From a virus (lineage: Duplodnaviria; Caudoviricetes), in IMG/VR virus record IMGVR_UViG_3300022750_000015, positions 1 through 56,972 of that record: a stretch of 56,972 nt of DNA; one strand, given 5' to 3'. Below the pieces are notes generated by a model. It was not told the origin of the DNA. It saw nothing but the letters and a program-made list of their open reading frames with translations, and made no database searches. Positions 8,695 to 18,081 of this stretch are shown here, one piece after another. Both the position numbers and the translations under genes were made by a program. Each line of letters opens with the position of its first letter. Position 1 is the first letter of the stretch.

Positions 8695-9980
8695 TGAACG
8701 TCCTATCCCTATTTGATGGAATGTCGGGAGGCCGAATAGCCCTCGAACGCGCCGGTATTCCCGTTACTAACTACTTCGCCTCCGAGATAGATAAGCATGC
8801 TATCAAAGTTTCGAAAGCCAATTGGCCGGATATCAAATATATCGGTTCGGTCGTATACGTTGATATATCGTACGACGCGGCTACCGATACCTCCCGCATA
8901 TATAACTGGTTAACGGGAGAGGACTTTACTTTTAAAGGTAGGATCGATCTGATTATCGGCGGTTCGCCATGCCAGGGCTTTAGTTTCGCAGGTAAGCAAC
9001 TGAATTTTAACGACCCAAGAAGTAAACTGTTCTTTGAGTTCGTCAGGTTGAAAAAGCAGACGGGGGCTACTTGGTTCTTTTTGGAGAATGTGAAAATGGC
9101 TAAGGCTTCGGAAGAGGTTATATCGGAGTATATGGGGGTACAACCTATCAGGCTAAACAGTGCTTTAGTTAGCGCGCAAACTCGTAAACGCCTATATTGG
9201 ACTAACATACCCTACTTCGGGCCTCCTGAGGATAGGGGGATATTTCTAAAAGATATACTACTTACGGATATTGACCCTAAATACATATTATCTCAAGAAG
9301 CTGTAGACTACATGTGCAGAGAGGTAAAAGGAGGCCGAAACCATTGGGATTTTCACCACCACCACGATTCTGCTAATGAAAAAAGCAGTTGCATAACCGC
9401 TGCTATATCTAAAGGAGTTCCATATAACGTACTTATAGATAGAAATCCTACATTACGGGTTAGAGAAGCTACGAAAATCGGATACTGCGAAGTAAAACCC
9501 GGAGAATGTTTCGACAATACGTTGCCGAGCAGTAAAACCCGAAGAGGTAGATATATGGGCGATAAAGCCAATTGTTTAACAGCTACTAATTTTCAATATT
9601 ATCAATACTTAGGCAAAGTCGCGTCTACTTTTGAGAGAATGACCGCTCGTGAATTTGGTATAAATATAAATGAAAGCGGAGATTTCAGACCCCATAAGCT
9701 CGATGGTAGAAAAAGCGGAATCAGTGAAATAGGAACACTTCGAAACGAGAATAATAAAGGACTTACGTTAATATCTTCGCACGTACCGGTAGTATACACT
9801 GAAAACCCATTTTTAATACGTCGACTAACAGAAATTGAATGTGAGCGATTGCAAAATGTACCCGATGATTACACTATAGAGGCTTCTGGGACTCAAAGAT
9901 ATCGTATGCTCGGTAACGGTTGGGAGTGTAACACAATTACCTATCTGTTTAAACCTCTGCAAATAGCCGATATCCTATGA
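8694..9980 (+). CDS. DNA cytosine-5 methyltransferase
   Basis: LSLFDG, GGSPCQ, ENV, Q.RKRLYW, RRLT..ECERLQ, GNGW motifs. Confidence 0.93.
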   Translation: MNVLSLFDGMSGGRIALERAGIPVTNYFASEIDKHAIKVSKANWPDIKYIGSVVYVDISYDAATDTSRIYNWLTGEDFTFKGRIDLIIGGSPCQGFSFAGKQLNFNDPRSKLFFEFVRLKKQTGATWFFLENVKMAKASEEVISEYMGVQPIRLNSALVSAQTRKRLYWTNIPYFGPPEDRGIFLKDILLTDIDPKYILSQEAVDYMCREVKGGRNHWDFHHHHDSANEKSSCITAAISKGVPYNVLIDRNPTLRVREATKIGYCEVKPGECFDNTLPSSKTRRGRYMGDKANCLTATNFQYYQYLGKVASTFERMTAREFGININESGDFRPHKLDGRKSGISEIGTLRNENNKGLTLISSHVPVVYTENPFLIRRLTEIECERLQNVPDDYTIEASGTQRYRMLGNGWECNTITYLFKPLQIADIL

Positions 9981-11314
9981 AGTTCACTCCCCTCCGACAT
10001 CAGCAAATCGCATTAGACTTCTCATTAACCCGGCAAACGTCCGGGCTTTTTTTGGATATGGGCCTCGGTAAAACAGTCACCACCCTTTCACTGCTTAACA
10101 TCCTGATCAACAGCTTCTCGGTAGATAAACCCCTGATCATAGGCCCTAAGTTCGTAGCCGAAGATACCTGGCCGAAGGAGATAGCCAAATGGGATCACAC
10201 TAAACATATCACGTATGCCGTTATCACCGGTTCGGTACAGGAGCGTTTAGCCGCGCTCCGGGCTAAGGTAGATGTACACATACTGAACATCGAGCATTTA
10301 GCCTGGCTGGTAGACCTCAAACGGTTTAAGACCCGATGGCCGTTCGATATGCTGGTCGTGGACGAACTGAGTAAATTCAAATCGTCTGACAGCATACGGT
10401 TCAGGAAACTAAGAAAAGTACTACCTCAGGTACCCCGCTTGATCGGCCTTACCGGTACACCTATACCCAACGGCATGCTTGACCTCTGGGCGCAGGTATT
10501 CATTCTGGACCGGGGCAAACGCCTGTTTCCTACCGTGACCACATACCGTATGCACTACTTCCATCCGGAGAAAAAGCTGATACACGGCGGATGCACGTAC
10601 GGCATTAATCCGGGAGCCGAAGAGCTGATCTACGAAAAGATAGATGACTTATGCCTCAGCATGAAAGCGGTAGACTGGCTGCAGTTACCCGAACGGCAGG
10701 ATATCATACGGGAGATTGAATTACCCGACTTATCGGAGTATAAGCAGTTCAAGCGCGATAAAATACTGGAACTGGCCGAAGGTGATATAACCGCGTTCAA
10801 TGCGCCGGCGCTGTATAACAAGCTGCTGCAATACGCTAACGGGGCGGTGTACGATTCGGATAAGAAGTATCACGTTGTACACGACCTGAAGCTGGAAGCA
10901 CTGGCCGAAGCAGTAGAAGAGTTGCAAGGCAAACCTGTTATTATCGCGTATCAGTTCCAGTCCGACGTGGATAGGATCAAAAAGCGGATACCACAAGCTG
11001 TACAGCTAAAGAAGAACAGCCAGATCACCGAGTGGAATAAAGGCAAGATACCCGTTATGCTTGGGCATGCGGCCGGTATAGGCCACGGGCTAAACCTGCA
11101 ATACGGCGGACACTACATATTCTGGTACGGCGTAAGCGCTAACATGGGCGACTATTGGCAACTCGTTAAACGCCTGGACAGGCAGGGGCAGAAATTCACC
11201 GTATTTAATTATCACTTTTTGGTAAAGGGTACGGCGGAACACAGTGTGTACCGGTCAATACAGAGCAAGACTTTAACGCAGGACAGGCTGATGGATGCTT
11301 TGCGGAAATATTAA
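9977..11314 (+). CDS. SNF2-family (SF2) helicase
   Basis: DMGLGKT, DELS, LTGTP, GHGLNLQ, RLDRQGQ motifs. Confidence 0.92.
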   Translation: MKFTPLRHQQIALDFSLTRQTSGLFLDMGLGKTVTTLSLLNILINSFSVDKPLIIGPKFVAEDTWPKEIAKWDHTKHITYAVITGSVQERLAALRAKVDVHILNIEHLAWLVDLKRFKTRWPFDMLVVDELSKFKSSDSIRFRKLRKVLPQVPRLIGLTGTPIPNGMLDLWAQVFILDRGKRLFPTVTTYRMHYFHPEKKLIHGGCTYGINPGAEELIYEKIDDLCLSMKAVDWLQLPERQDIIREIELPDLSEYKQFKRDKILELAEGDITAFNAPALYNKLLQYANGAVYDSDKKYHVVHDLKLEALAEAVEELQGKPVIIAYQFQSDVDRIKKRIPQAVQLKKNSQITEWNKGKIPVMLGHAAGIGHGLNLQYGGHYIFWYGVSANMGDYWQLVKRLDRQGQKFTVFNYHFLVKGTAEHSVYRSIQSKTLTQDRLMDALRKY

Positions 11315-12054
11315 AGTATATCGCTTAATAAGCGATTTATGATTCGCTTATTAGCTTTACCGTACATTTCTTTATCTTTTTCTATCAGTATGTAATTACG
11401 GTTTGTATTTAAGCAAGCTATACCAACGGTACCAGAACCGCTACAATTGTCTAAAACAGTCATACCTTCATCCGTATAGGTTTTTATGAAATACTCTTCT
11501 AAAGCAACAGGTTTTTGCGTAGGGTGTACAGCACCGCTTTGTTTATCCGATTTCATTTTAATAACCGAACGTGGGTATCTTTCGTCCGAATCGTAATCGG
11601 CTAAACCATGTTCTCCGTAATTAGTAGTCTTTTTACAATTTATTTTGTGTTTGGCTAAACTAACTTTCCTTTCGTGACCTTGCGTCTTTTGCGGATTATA
11701 AACAGGTTTACCTTTATAAAAAACTAATATCTGCTCATGCGCCCGCATAGGCATCTTCTTTGCGTTCAAGTGACCAGAAGCGGATGTTTTTTCCCAAATC
11801 CAATCATATCTATACACATCGGGGTTACTCATAATTAGTTTCGCAGCAAATAAGCCTACGGCGTTCAGCAGGATTACGCCGTTAGGAGATATAATACGTT
11901 CGTATTGCTCCCACAAAGGTCCGAAAGGGATTATAACATCCCATTTATTACGAGTAGTACCGTAAGGTAAATCCGCTTTTATTAAATGCACAGAATTTGA
12001 GGGTATATCGGTCATTACTTCTAAGCAATCCCCGTGAATGTGTCTATTTAGCAT
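11311..12054 (-). CDS. DNA adenine (N6)/amino-methyltransferase, beta class
   Basis: DLPY, HPTQKP, LDNCSGSGT motifs. Confidence 0.9.
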   Translation of the reverse strand: MLNRHIHGDCLEVMTDIPSNSVHLIKADLPYGTTRNKWDVIIPFGPLWEQYERIISPNGVILLNAVGLFAAKLIMSNPDVYRYDWIWEKTSASGHLNAKKMPMRAHEQILVFYKGKPVYNPQKTQGHERKVSLAKHKINCKKTTNYGEHGLADYDSDERYPRSVIKMKSDKQSGAVHPTQKPVALEEYFIKTYTDEGMTVLDNCSGSGTVGIACLNTNRNYILIEKDKEMYGKANKRIINRLLSDIL

Positions 12055-14054
12055 CAGTCCTTACGATAATACGTGTTTTCAAAACCTTCGGCATTTAAAG
12101 GTAAACCGTCCATCCACTTAACAGGTTTAATCATCAGGTCATTTACCTCGTCTATCCCGCTTTCGCCTATAGGCATCTCGCACACAACCTCGTCATGTAT
12201 GTGTAACACGGTTTGAATGCCCCAGCTATCGAGGTTAAGCAGCGCGTTAGCTAAACAGTCCCTGGCAATTGCTTGCACCGCATTTTCTACAAGCTTGCCG
12301 CCGTATGTATCAAGTCGCATCCATTTGTTCACTTTCTGGTTTACACCGTAGTACTCTACCGCGCTACCTCCGAACTTACCGGGCTTTAGCCGAGCACCAT
12401 AGTAGCATAAACGCCTACCGGATGGTAACTGCATCAGTAGATAACCGTTCTTGTAATCAAACGTAAGTCCTCTATCTACATTAACCAAACGCTCACCTCT
12501 GTAGGTTTGTTCTGCTACAGATGTTTTACGGCCATTGGCTATAGCATAAACAGCGGCTTGCTGCACGGCTCTCCACAATCTTACTATACAAGGGTTAGCC
12601 AAACGCCAGGCTTCTACGATAGGGTCGAGTTCGTCTACTTCTAAACCCATATCTAATGCCCCCATAGCTATTAGCGCATTAGCCCCGCCCTGGTAACCTA
12701 AAGCCAAAACTGATACCTTACCGCGCTGCCGGTCGTCTTTAGTGATATCCTCAATAGCTTTCTTAAACATCTGCGCGGCTGTAGCCTTATACACGTCTCC
12801 GTTATGCTTAAACACGTCAAGCAACCACTTCTCACCAGCCAACCACGCAATAACACGGGCCTCAATGGCCGAGAAGTCAGATACGATAAACCGTTTTCCC
12901 TCTTCAGCAACAAACGTTGTACGTATCAGCTGAGACAGCGTATCGGGCACAGGGCCATATATCATCTCGAGCATATCCTTATCGCCGCCAATAGCCAGGT
13001 TACGTGCTACTTCCAGCAGCTCACCATGATATTTACCGCGCGGCAGGTTCTGCGTTTGAACTAAGCGCCCAGCCCATCTACCGGTACGGTTAGCGCCGTA
13101 TATCTGGTGAAGCCCACGGATCCGGTGATCTACACATGCACTTTTTAGCATAGCTGCATATTTCGATACCGATGTTTTAGATAGTTCCTGCCTGATGGCC
13201 AGTATGCGTTTAGATACATCGCCTTTACACTTAAGTAGGATAAGCGGAATACTGGCTTTCTTCAGGTTATCGATCTCGATATCCTCTTCGATCTCAAGCC
13301 ACTTCTTTACCTGGGCGATACTATTAGGCTTCACAATACCCGATATGCGTATGGCCTCAGCCGTAAGGATATCTTTATACTCCCGGTCCATCCGGATAGC
13401 ATTCTCTACCATGGTCATATTCACTTTTACACCATGGCTGTTTATCTTTAGGTCAAGATCCCATAGCTTTTTCTCCAAAGGCATGATAGGCAACCACTCT
13501 ATGGCTTTAGCTTCGGCCATCTCGGCTGCAACGTCCACTTTACAGTAGTGTATGAACTGCTGCCACTTGTCGGGAGTATGTGTAGGCAGGTTACGGGTAC
13601 GCATCTCGTTAGCCTTGGTAGGTTTACACGGTATGCAAAAATAGCGTATGAGTACCATACCCATCGTCTCTTTCTTAACAGCTACGTTCAGTGCTCTGGT
13701 TGCACCGTCCAGGCTAAGCGGTAAACCGGCCATGGCCACTTTCCACTGAGAGCAGTACCACTGATCAGGGATAAGCTTGATACCAAAGTAGGCCTCGATC
13801 ATCAATATCTCGAACGGCGCATTATGAGCACGTTTTTGTACGCCGGGGTGTGTAAGGGCGCGGTACAGTTTCGCCGGTATCTGTTCTTTACGAGGCAGAT
13901 GCCGAACCGCCCACAGGTCGATAACCTGCGGCTCTTCGCCGTTGAAGCTATAGCCGAATAAGAGTATCTCTACTTGTTCACTGTACTTATACGCCCCGGC
14001 TTTCTTAAGGTCAATAGGCGAATAAGTCTCTAAGTCGATGTTTAGGATTTGCAT
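12054..14054 (-). CDS. DNA polymerase, family A (APSE-like)
   Basis: DLETYS exonuclease motif, RTGRW, DFSAIEAR, RQRGK..LALGY, HIHDE. Confidence 0.95.
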   Translation of the reverse strand: MQILNIDLETYSPIDLKKAGAYKYSEQVEILLFGYSFNGEEPQVIDLWAVRHLPRKEQIPAKLYRALTHPGVQKRAHNAPFEILMIEAYFGIKLIPDQWYCSQWKVAMAGLPLSLDGATRALNVAVKKETMGMVLIRYFCIPCKPTKANEMRTRNLPTHTPDKWQQFIHYCKVDVAAEMAEAKAIEWLPIMPLEKKLWDLDLKINSHGVKVNMTMVENAIRMDREYKDILTAEAIRISGIVKPNSIAQVKKWLEIEEDIEIDNLKKASIPLILLKCKGDVSKRILAIRQELSKTSVSKYAAMLKSACVDHRIRGLHQIYGANRTGRWAGRLVQTQNLPRGKYHGELLEVARNLAIGGDKDMLEMIYGPVPDTLSQLIRTTFVAEEGKRFIVSDFSAIEARVIAWLAGEKWLLDVFKHNGDVYKATAAQMFKKAIEDITKDDRQRGKVSVLALGYQGGANALIAMGALDMGLEVDELDPIVEAWRLANPCIVRLWRAVQQAAVYAIANGRKTSVAEQTYRGERLVNVDRGLTFDYKNGYLLMQLPSGRRLCYYGARLKPGKFGGSAVEYYGVNQKVNKWMRLDTYGGKLVENAVQAIARDCLANALLNLDSWGIQTVLHIHDEVVCEMPIGESGIDEVNDLMIKPVKWMDGLPLNAEGFENTYYRKD

Positions 14055-14294
14055 TTATTGCGGAGTGTTTAAAGCTTTTATTAGAGCATCAGCCATATCT
14101 ACCGCTAATTTGGCGGTTTGTTCCGGCTCATTAGGTCTTATAAAAGTATGATCACTAGCTATACCTTGCATAGCTTTAGCGGCGAAATATTCCCGCTTGG
14201 TCAGCCCATCCCTTTCGGTTTTAGCGATTTTAACTTGTCCATCGTCCAACGAATAGAAAGTATTGTTGATTGAATCATTAGGTTTTGTTTCCAT
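14055..14294 (-). CDS. Conserved phage hypothetical protein
   Basis: GLTKREYFAAKAMQG...ADALI motif common in phages. Confidence 0.75.
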   Translation of the reverse strand: METKPNDSINNTFYSLDDGQVKIAKTERDGLTKREYFAAKAMQGIASDHTFIRPNEPEQTAKLAVDMADALIKALNTPQ

Positions 14295-14320
14295 AATCTA
14301 TTAGGTTAAAAGTTATTAAT

Positions 14321-14854
14321 TTATAATATATCGTAAATTAAGCCGAAACGGCATTTAAATTTTTCTTCATTACGGATATCAACTCCGTTGACATTTCGGT
14401 ACATCCACCCTTTAGGGGCGGTGCATACGGTTTTAAAACCTAATTTATCTCCGGCTTTTAAACCCGCTTCATCTACGCCCGTTTGTCCTCCGCTGATAAA
14501 GCTCTCTATATCCATAAAGTAAGTTAAATCTCGTAATATTCCTAACACCCAACTATCTATACCTGGTTGCCCTAATACGCCTTTAAACGTATATAAACCG
14601 TTACCCGCTATATTAAGCGTCTTAACATTTAAAGCAATAAGGTTCTCTCTGATTTGATCTAAAGTTCTATCAGTGTAATAATTGAAGTCAATTCGGAAAT
14701 AGGGCTTCTTTAATTTGTCGCAATAGTTACGTGTACAAATCTCCCCTCCTGTTTTAAAGTCAATAGCCAAAGCTAAAGTTGCATCAGACGAATTGACGTT
14801 ATGGAGAGTGCGGCCTGAATAGCCGTAGCTGCTATGCTCCTTAAAATAAATCAT
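14321..14854 (-). CDS. SLOG-superfamily (YpsA / 'molybdenum carrier'-like) protein
   Basis: RT..NV..SDATL, LNIAGN, ISGGQTGVDEAGL, APKGW. Confidence 0.8.
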   Translation of the reverse strand: MIYFKEHSSYGYSGRTLHNVNSSDATLALAIDFKTGGEICTRNYCDKLKKPYFRIDFNYYTDRTLDQIRENLIALNVKTLNIAGNGLYTFKGVLGQPGIDSWVLGILRDLTYFMDIESFISGGQTGVDEAGLKAGDKLGFKTVCTAPKGWMYRNVNGVDIRNEEKFKCRFGLIYDIL

Positions 14855-14881
14855 ACGCTAAGCCGAAACGGCATTTAAATT
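14339..14881. repeat. 23-bp direct repeat at the 3' ends of the two SLOG genes
   Basis: taagccgaaacggcatttaaatt at 14339-14361 and 14859-14881. Confidence 0.85.
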
Positions 14882-15353
14882 CACTCTCATTCTTAATTAC
14901 TTTACCAGCATCATTACGATAAGCCCAAAAGCTTTCGGCCGTACAAACAGTTTTGATGCCGTGCTTATCTCCGAATTTCAACCCAGCCTCTCCGGCCCCC
15001 GACTGACCGTCACTTCTGATCATCAGCGGTTTCTGATAGATGAACGCCGTCTTAAGGAAATAGCGTACGTAATCATCTATCGCTGGCTGTAGCCTGGTAG
15101 TCTTAAAGTCGTAAGCAGTACTACCAGTAATGTTGATTACTTTTACTTCATACCGGCGGATAAGCTTTTGCAAAGCCGCAAACTCTTGTATATTGTAGTA
15201 TGCCACTTTGCTGATATCTACATTATGATGAACTTTAGCAGCAGTAGCGAAATCACCGGATGCAGAAAAACTGAGGGTCATATCAGAGTGTTCGATGTTT
15301 TGCTGCTGAGCACTGTCGAATTGTTCGTGGTCGAATAGGTCGAAGCGAATCAT
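14841..15353 (-). CDS. Divergent SLOG paralogue
   Basis: NI..SDMTL, INITG, SDGQSGAGEAGLK; C-terminus FKCRFGL shared with 14321..14854; ATG at 15353. Confidence 0.7.
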   Translation of the reverse strand: MIRFDLFDHEQFDSAQQQNIEHSDMTLSFSASGDFATAAKVHHNVDISKVAYYNIQEFAALQKLIRRYEVKVINITGSTAYDFKTTRLQPAIDDYVRYFLKTAFIYQKPLMIRSDGQSGAGEAGLKFGDKHGIKTVCTAESFWAYRNDAGKVIKNESEFKCRFGLAYDLF

Positions 15354-15583
15354 ATACCGGTTAACCAATTTATAAATACCTCTTTAACAACTAATAAACA
15401 CTCTTCTTCGCTGTTGCACTCATTTACTGAGTCGCTTATATTTTTCGAATAAACTCACCAAGTGCCGAGAGTTTCTGATTTATTGTAAGTGGCTATAAGC
15501 AAGCCATTGTAGAAAATACTCTTTTTACCTTTCGGCGCTCTGTCGGGGGTAAATAGTAAATCGAAGTCTAAACTATGAAGCAT
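15350..15583 (-). pseudogene. 77-codon reading frame interrupted by one in-frame TGA
   Basis: MLHSL...LGTW*VYSK...WLTGI*; internal TGA at 15457-15455; final TGA overlaps the ATG of the next gene. Confidence 0.6.
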
Positions 15584-15649
15584 ATTGCGTATAAATAAGT
15601 CCCACAATTATAGACATAAAATTGAATAAATAAAAATAATAAAATATTT

Positions 15650-15680
15650 TTTGCTATTTCAAAATAAGTCTTTATGTTTG
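15650..15680 (+). promoter_or_regulatory. Bacteroidetes-type promoter for the DUF2800/SSB operon
   Basis: TTTG 15650-15653, 19-nt spacer, TATGTTTG 15673-15680. Confidence 0.75.
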
Positions 15681-15685
15681 CTGCC

Positions 15686-15883
15686 ATGGAAGCGTTACTG
15701 ACTTGGCCTGAGAAACTCGGCTTGCTTAAAAAGGGAGATAGCATTATTGTTGATACTCATATACAAACTGTTTATTCTGCTATTCACAATCATTTCCCCG
15801 AGGGTCAACCTAAACGGTTTACCGTCAGGTTAGCCAAGAGCGGCCCGCAGAAAGGCCAGCGCTTTGTATTCCGTCTTAAATAA
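15686..15883 (+). CDS. Small putative DNA-binding protein
   Basis: Track ORF from 15674; that ATG lies inside the promoter, so 15686 is the likely start. Confidence 0.65.
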   Translation: MEALLTWPEKLGLLKKGDSIIVDTHIQTVYSAIHNHFPEGQPKRFTVRLAKSGPQKGQRFVFRLK

Positions 15884-15916
15884 CCATTTTTATATTAATT
15901 TCAAAACATCAAAAAC

Positions 15917-16249
15917 ATGTTAAAATTCACATTCGAAGGCGCAGACCTTAGCGAAGTATTAGGTCACATCGAAAAATTTACGGGTAACATTGCTGGCGGG
16001 GCTACCGCAGCCGGAGCCTCAGGTAATGCGGGTACCACTAAAAAGAAAACGGTCGAAAAACCTAAAGAAGAAAAGATAACCCTTGATAAAGTGCAACTGC
16101 TTTGTTCAAGTAAGGTAGAAGGTGCCGACGATGCTGCCGCAATGAAAGGCGCTATCAAAGAAATCATGGAAGAGTTCATGGTTAAATCTGTAACCAAGCT
16201 TGAAGAAGCCGAGTACCAAGCGTTCTACGACAAGGTTAACGAGTTGTAA
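15917..16249 (+). CDS. Hypothetical protein of the type usually found upstream of DUF2800
   Basis: Flexible linker plus C-terminal helical domain (...KSVTKLEEAEY...). Confidence 0.7.
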   Translation: MLKFTFEGADLSEVLGHIEKFTGNIAGGATAAGASGNAGTTKKKTVEKPKEEKITLDKVQLLCSSKVEGADDAAAMKGAIKEIMEEFMVKSVTKLEEAEYQAFYDKVNEL

Positions 16250-16252
16250 ACA

Positions 16253-17428
16253 ATGCCGGGCGCTCACGCTATACTGCCTGCTTCTGCTTCAAAGCGCTGG
16301 CTCCGTTGCACACGGGCACCGCGCTTTGAGATGGAGTTTGCTGAAAGCGAATCTACCTACGCCCAGGAGGGTACATTAGCCCACGCCATAGGCGAAGAGA
16401 TGCTACGGCAGCGTAGCCGTGAGCTAACTCCTAAAATACTTAATAAGGTACTTCGTGAACAAGCGCCTCTCAAAGAGTATTATAACCCGGAGATGAAGCG
16501 GTACTGCGAAGAGTACGCGAATTATGTAGTAGACAGAGTGACACCTGCATCCAGGCTGATTGTCGAGCATAGGCTCGATACAAGCAGCCACGTACCGGAG
16601 GGGTTCGGTACAATGGATGCAGGTGTTATTACTCCTTCGGGTAGAAGGGTTTACACTCTTGAAACCTTCGACCTCAAATACGGCAAAGGCGTTCCGGTGT
16701 ACGCCGAAGAGAACGAGCAAGCTATGATATACGCTATCGGCGTATTGAACGATTTCGGATGGATATACCCTATTACGCATATCCGTATGCACATATTCCA
16801 GCCACGTATCAACAATATAACCGAGTGGGAGATCAGTGTAGCCGACTTGTTAGCGTGGGGTGAAGAGGTGTTAAAGCCTCAGGCCCGTTTAGCTTTCGAC
16901 GGTGAAGGCGAGTTCGTACCGGGTGAACATTGCGGATTCTGTAAAGCCAAACCACTATGCCGCGCTTTAGCTGCGTACAATTTGGAATTGGCCGCACAAG
17001 AGTTCGAGAATTACTCTAACCTGGTAGAGCCGGCAGAACTGACGGAGGCCGAACTGCTAAAGATTTACGACAACAGGAAACTTTTTGAGGGGTGGATAAA
17101 CGCCATAGACGAATATGTCCTGAAACAGGCCCTAATGGGTAAAAAGTGGAAAGGCTATAAAGTAGTTGAAGGCCGGGCATACCGCTCTTACAGAAGTGTA
17201 CCTATACTCAAAAGAGCTTTAGAGCGGGAAGGCATTACGGATATCTATAAACCGCAAGAAATACTCGGCTTAGGCGATATGGAAACGCTCGTAGGTAAAG
17301 AAGTATTCAGCAAGGTGGTGGCACCATTATTGACCAAACCTAAAGGTAAGCCTACCTTAGTACCGGTATCGGATAACAGGCAGGAATTTAATTCAGCATT
17401 AACAGATTTTACAAATTTAGACGAATAG
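16253..17428 (+). CDS. DUF2800 Cas4-like PD-(D/E)xK exonuclease
   Basis: HA.L.AS...RW..C, EGTLAH, GT.D, DLKYGKG, C.FC...C cluster. Confidence 0.9.
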   Translation: MPGAHAILPASASKRWLRCTRAPRFEMEFAESESTYAQEGTLAHAIGEEMLRQRSRELTPKILNKVLREQAPLKEYYNPEMKRYCEEYANYVVDRVTPASRLIVEHRLDTSSHVPEGFGTMDAGVITPSGRRVYTLETFDLKYGKGVPVYAEENEQAMIYAIGVLNDFGWIYPITHIRMHIFQPRINNITEWEISVADLLAWGEEVLKPQARLAFDGEGEFVPGEHCGFCKAKPLCRALAAYNLELAAQEFENYSNLVEPAELTEAELLKIYDNRKLFEGWINAIDEYVLKQALMGKKWKGYKVVEGRAYRSYRSVPILKRALEREGITDIYKPQEILGLGDMETLVGKEVFSKVVAPLLTKPKGKPTLVPVSDNRQEFNSALTDFTNLDE

Positions 17429-17432
17429 TATT

Positions 17433-18023
17433 ATGCCAAACATCATTTTAAGAAATGTGCGTATTTCCTATGCAGCCTTGTTAGAACCGAAACCGGACGA
17501 TAAAGGTAACCTGAAATACGGCACAATGATTATTATCAATAAAAAGGATAAGGTCAACATCAAAGCGCTGGAAGATGCCATTCAGCAAGCCTACACCGAG
17601 GGTAAAGGTGCCATGAACATGAAGCCCGAGAAAGTACCGGCTGCATCCATCTCGTTCAAAGTGTGTAAACGCGACGGTGACACCGACAGGCCGGACGATC
17701 CGAATGTGGAAGGCTGCTTTTTCCTGAACGCTAACTCTAACAGTAAGCCTCAGGTAGTGGACCGTGACCCCCGTGTACTTATAGTGGATCCGAACGAAGT
17801 GTATTCCGGTATGTGGGTGAATATCTCATTAACCATTAAACACTTTATCGCGGATGGCGGTAAATCTAAAGGTATCACCGCTTACCTGGGCAACGTTCAG
17901 AAGGTAAAAGACGATACCCGTTTCGACGGCCGCAAGTCGGCCGATCGGGAGTTCGAGGAGTTGGAGCCATACGAAGATTTGGACAACGAGTCGGAGGATG
18001 ACGAGGACGATATGGGTTTTTAA
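17433..18023 (+). CDS. DUF2815 single-stranded DNA-binding protein
   Basis: VRISY, RDGD, VYSG, LGNVQK; acidic tail ending DDMGF. Confidence 0.9.
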   Translation: MPNIILRNVRISYAALLEPKPDDKGNLKYGTMIIINKKDKVNIKALEDAIQQAYTEGKGAMNMKPEKVPAASISFKVCKRDGDTDRPDDPNVEGCFFLNANSNSKPQVVDRDPRVLIVDPNEVYSGMWVNISLTIKHFIADGGKSKGITAYLGNVQKVKDDTRFDGRKSADREFEELEPYEDLDNESEDDEDDMGF

Positions 18024-18042
18024 TTAATAGAAGTTTAACCAG

Positions 18043-18062
18043 AGGGGCGAAAGCCCCTTTTT
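18043..18062 (+). terminator. Rho-independent terminator
   Basis: AGGGGC-GAAA-GCCCCT followed by a T run. Confidence 0.85.
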
Positions 18063-18081
18063 AATAACACAACGCAAAACC

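Noticed and set aside
9300-9800. Long variable region of the C5 MTase as an intein
   Set aside because: No intein terminal motifs (Cys/Ser start, His-Asn end); it looks like repeated target-recognition segments typical of phage MTases
15455-15457. Genome-wide TGA stop reassignment
   Set aside because: Many genes end in TGA with ATGA overlaps, and long genes are intact under code 11
16253-17428. Cas4-like gene as part of a CRISPR-Cas system
   Set aside because: DUF2800 is a standard member of this replication module; no other cas genes or array
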